Source: an uncultured delta proteobacterium (lineage in GTDB: Bacteria > Desulfobacterota > Binatia > UBA9968). From it: DNA of 64,000 bases. Position numbers and translations under genes: made by a program. Shown in pieces: positions 63,474 to 64,000 of the stretch. The DNA lies in the NCBI GenBank assembly GCA_963804165.1, contig CAWDPO010000035.1, positions 96,001 to 160,000 of the forward strand, in the 5' to 3' direction. The notes below the pieces were generated by a model. It searched no databases, had not been told where the DNA came from, and worked only from the letters and a program-made list of their open reading frames with translations. How positions within the stretch are numbered: position 1 is the stretch's first letter; every line of letters starts with the position of its first letter.

Positions 63474-64000
63474 ATGATCACACTAAAAAGGATTCTCGTC
63501 CCAACAGATTTCTCTGTCGGCTCAGTGCCGGCAATCGGGTATGCGCTCTCGCTCGCAAAGGCGCACGGCTCTGACGTGATCGTGCTTCATGCTCTTCCGA
63601 CTGAATCGATCAGAGAGCGGTTTTCGGATAGCTACGCACCGGGAGGGTTGGCTGCGCCCCCGGAGGCTCCGATGGGCGCTATTCGCCAGCCTGATTCCGC
63701 GGGTATACTCGAAAGAAAAAAGCAGGTCCTCCGTACCTTTCTGGCGCAACGGATCTCGCCCGAGCTGCTCGGAGCGGTGAAGATCAGCGATCTCATTAGG
63801 GTCGGCAAGGTCGTTGAAGAGATCATAGCCGCCGCAAAAGAGGAGCAGTGTGATTTGATAGTAATGACAAGTCACGCAGGCCGGCTGAGAAGGTTATTGC
63901 AGGGTAGCTTTACAGACCGTGTTCTCCGGAAAGCTCCGTGCCCCGTACTATCGATCCAGCCTTGGGCGGAGATCAGGACAGAGGAAAATAGACGCGTGCC
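63474..64000 (+). CDS. Universal stress protein (runs off window end)
   Basis: Manual translation MITLKRILVPTDFS...EEIIAAAKEEQCDLIVMTSH...GSFTDRVLRKAPCPVL; not in ORF track. Confidence 0.9.
   Translation, partial: MITLKRILVPTDFSVGSVPAIGYALSLAKAHGSDVIVLHALPTESIRERFSDSYAPGGLAAPPEAPMGAIRQPDSAGILERKKQVLRTFLAQRISPELLGAVKISDLIRVGKVVEEIIAAAKEEQCDLIVMTSHAGRLRRLLQGSFTDRVLRKAPCPVLSIQPWAEIRTEENRRV

Overview
Bacterial chromosomal window of moderately high GC. The many NMT1/SsuA-type solute-binding proteins (SBPs), amidohydrolases and Rieske/LLM/VOC enzymes, plus the repeat families, resemble Deltaproteobacteria-like Ca. Binatia; this is inference only. Layout: (1) 1-15.4 kb holds metabolic and housekeeping genes (phthalate-type Rieske oxygenase and decarboxylase-like gene, PPi-PFK, GGQ rescue factor, threonine deaminase, ExeA ATPase, ferritin-VIT1, DoxX). 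(2) About 15.5-33.7 kb is a defence island: type I R-M hsdM-hsdS, a PHP+ABC/SMC ATPase (TrlF/Ppl-like), a stand-alone DarG-type macrodomain, three homologous hsdR 5' ends separated by cargo or spacer (one gap holds YhcG), a TA pair, an unrelated fourth hsdR 5' fragment, a membrane patatin, a Cys phosphatase and a truncated IS481. (3) 34-50 kb holds orphan SBPs mixed with catabolic enzymes. (4) A DsbA/FrnE gene with an in-frame UGA in a U-P-W-C motif (probable selenoprotein, only partly caught by the ORF track). (5) The pcaDCHGBIJ protocatechuate cluster, argC, an ABC transporter and a USP gene. Many genes have single-base frameshifts, probably long-read errors. No rRNA, tRNA or CRISPR array was recognised.
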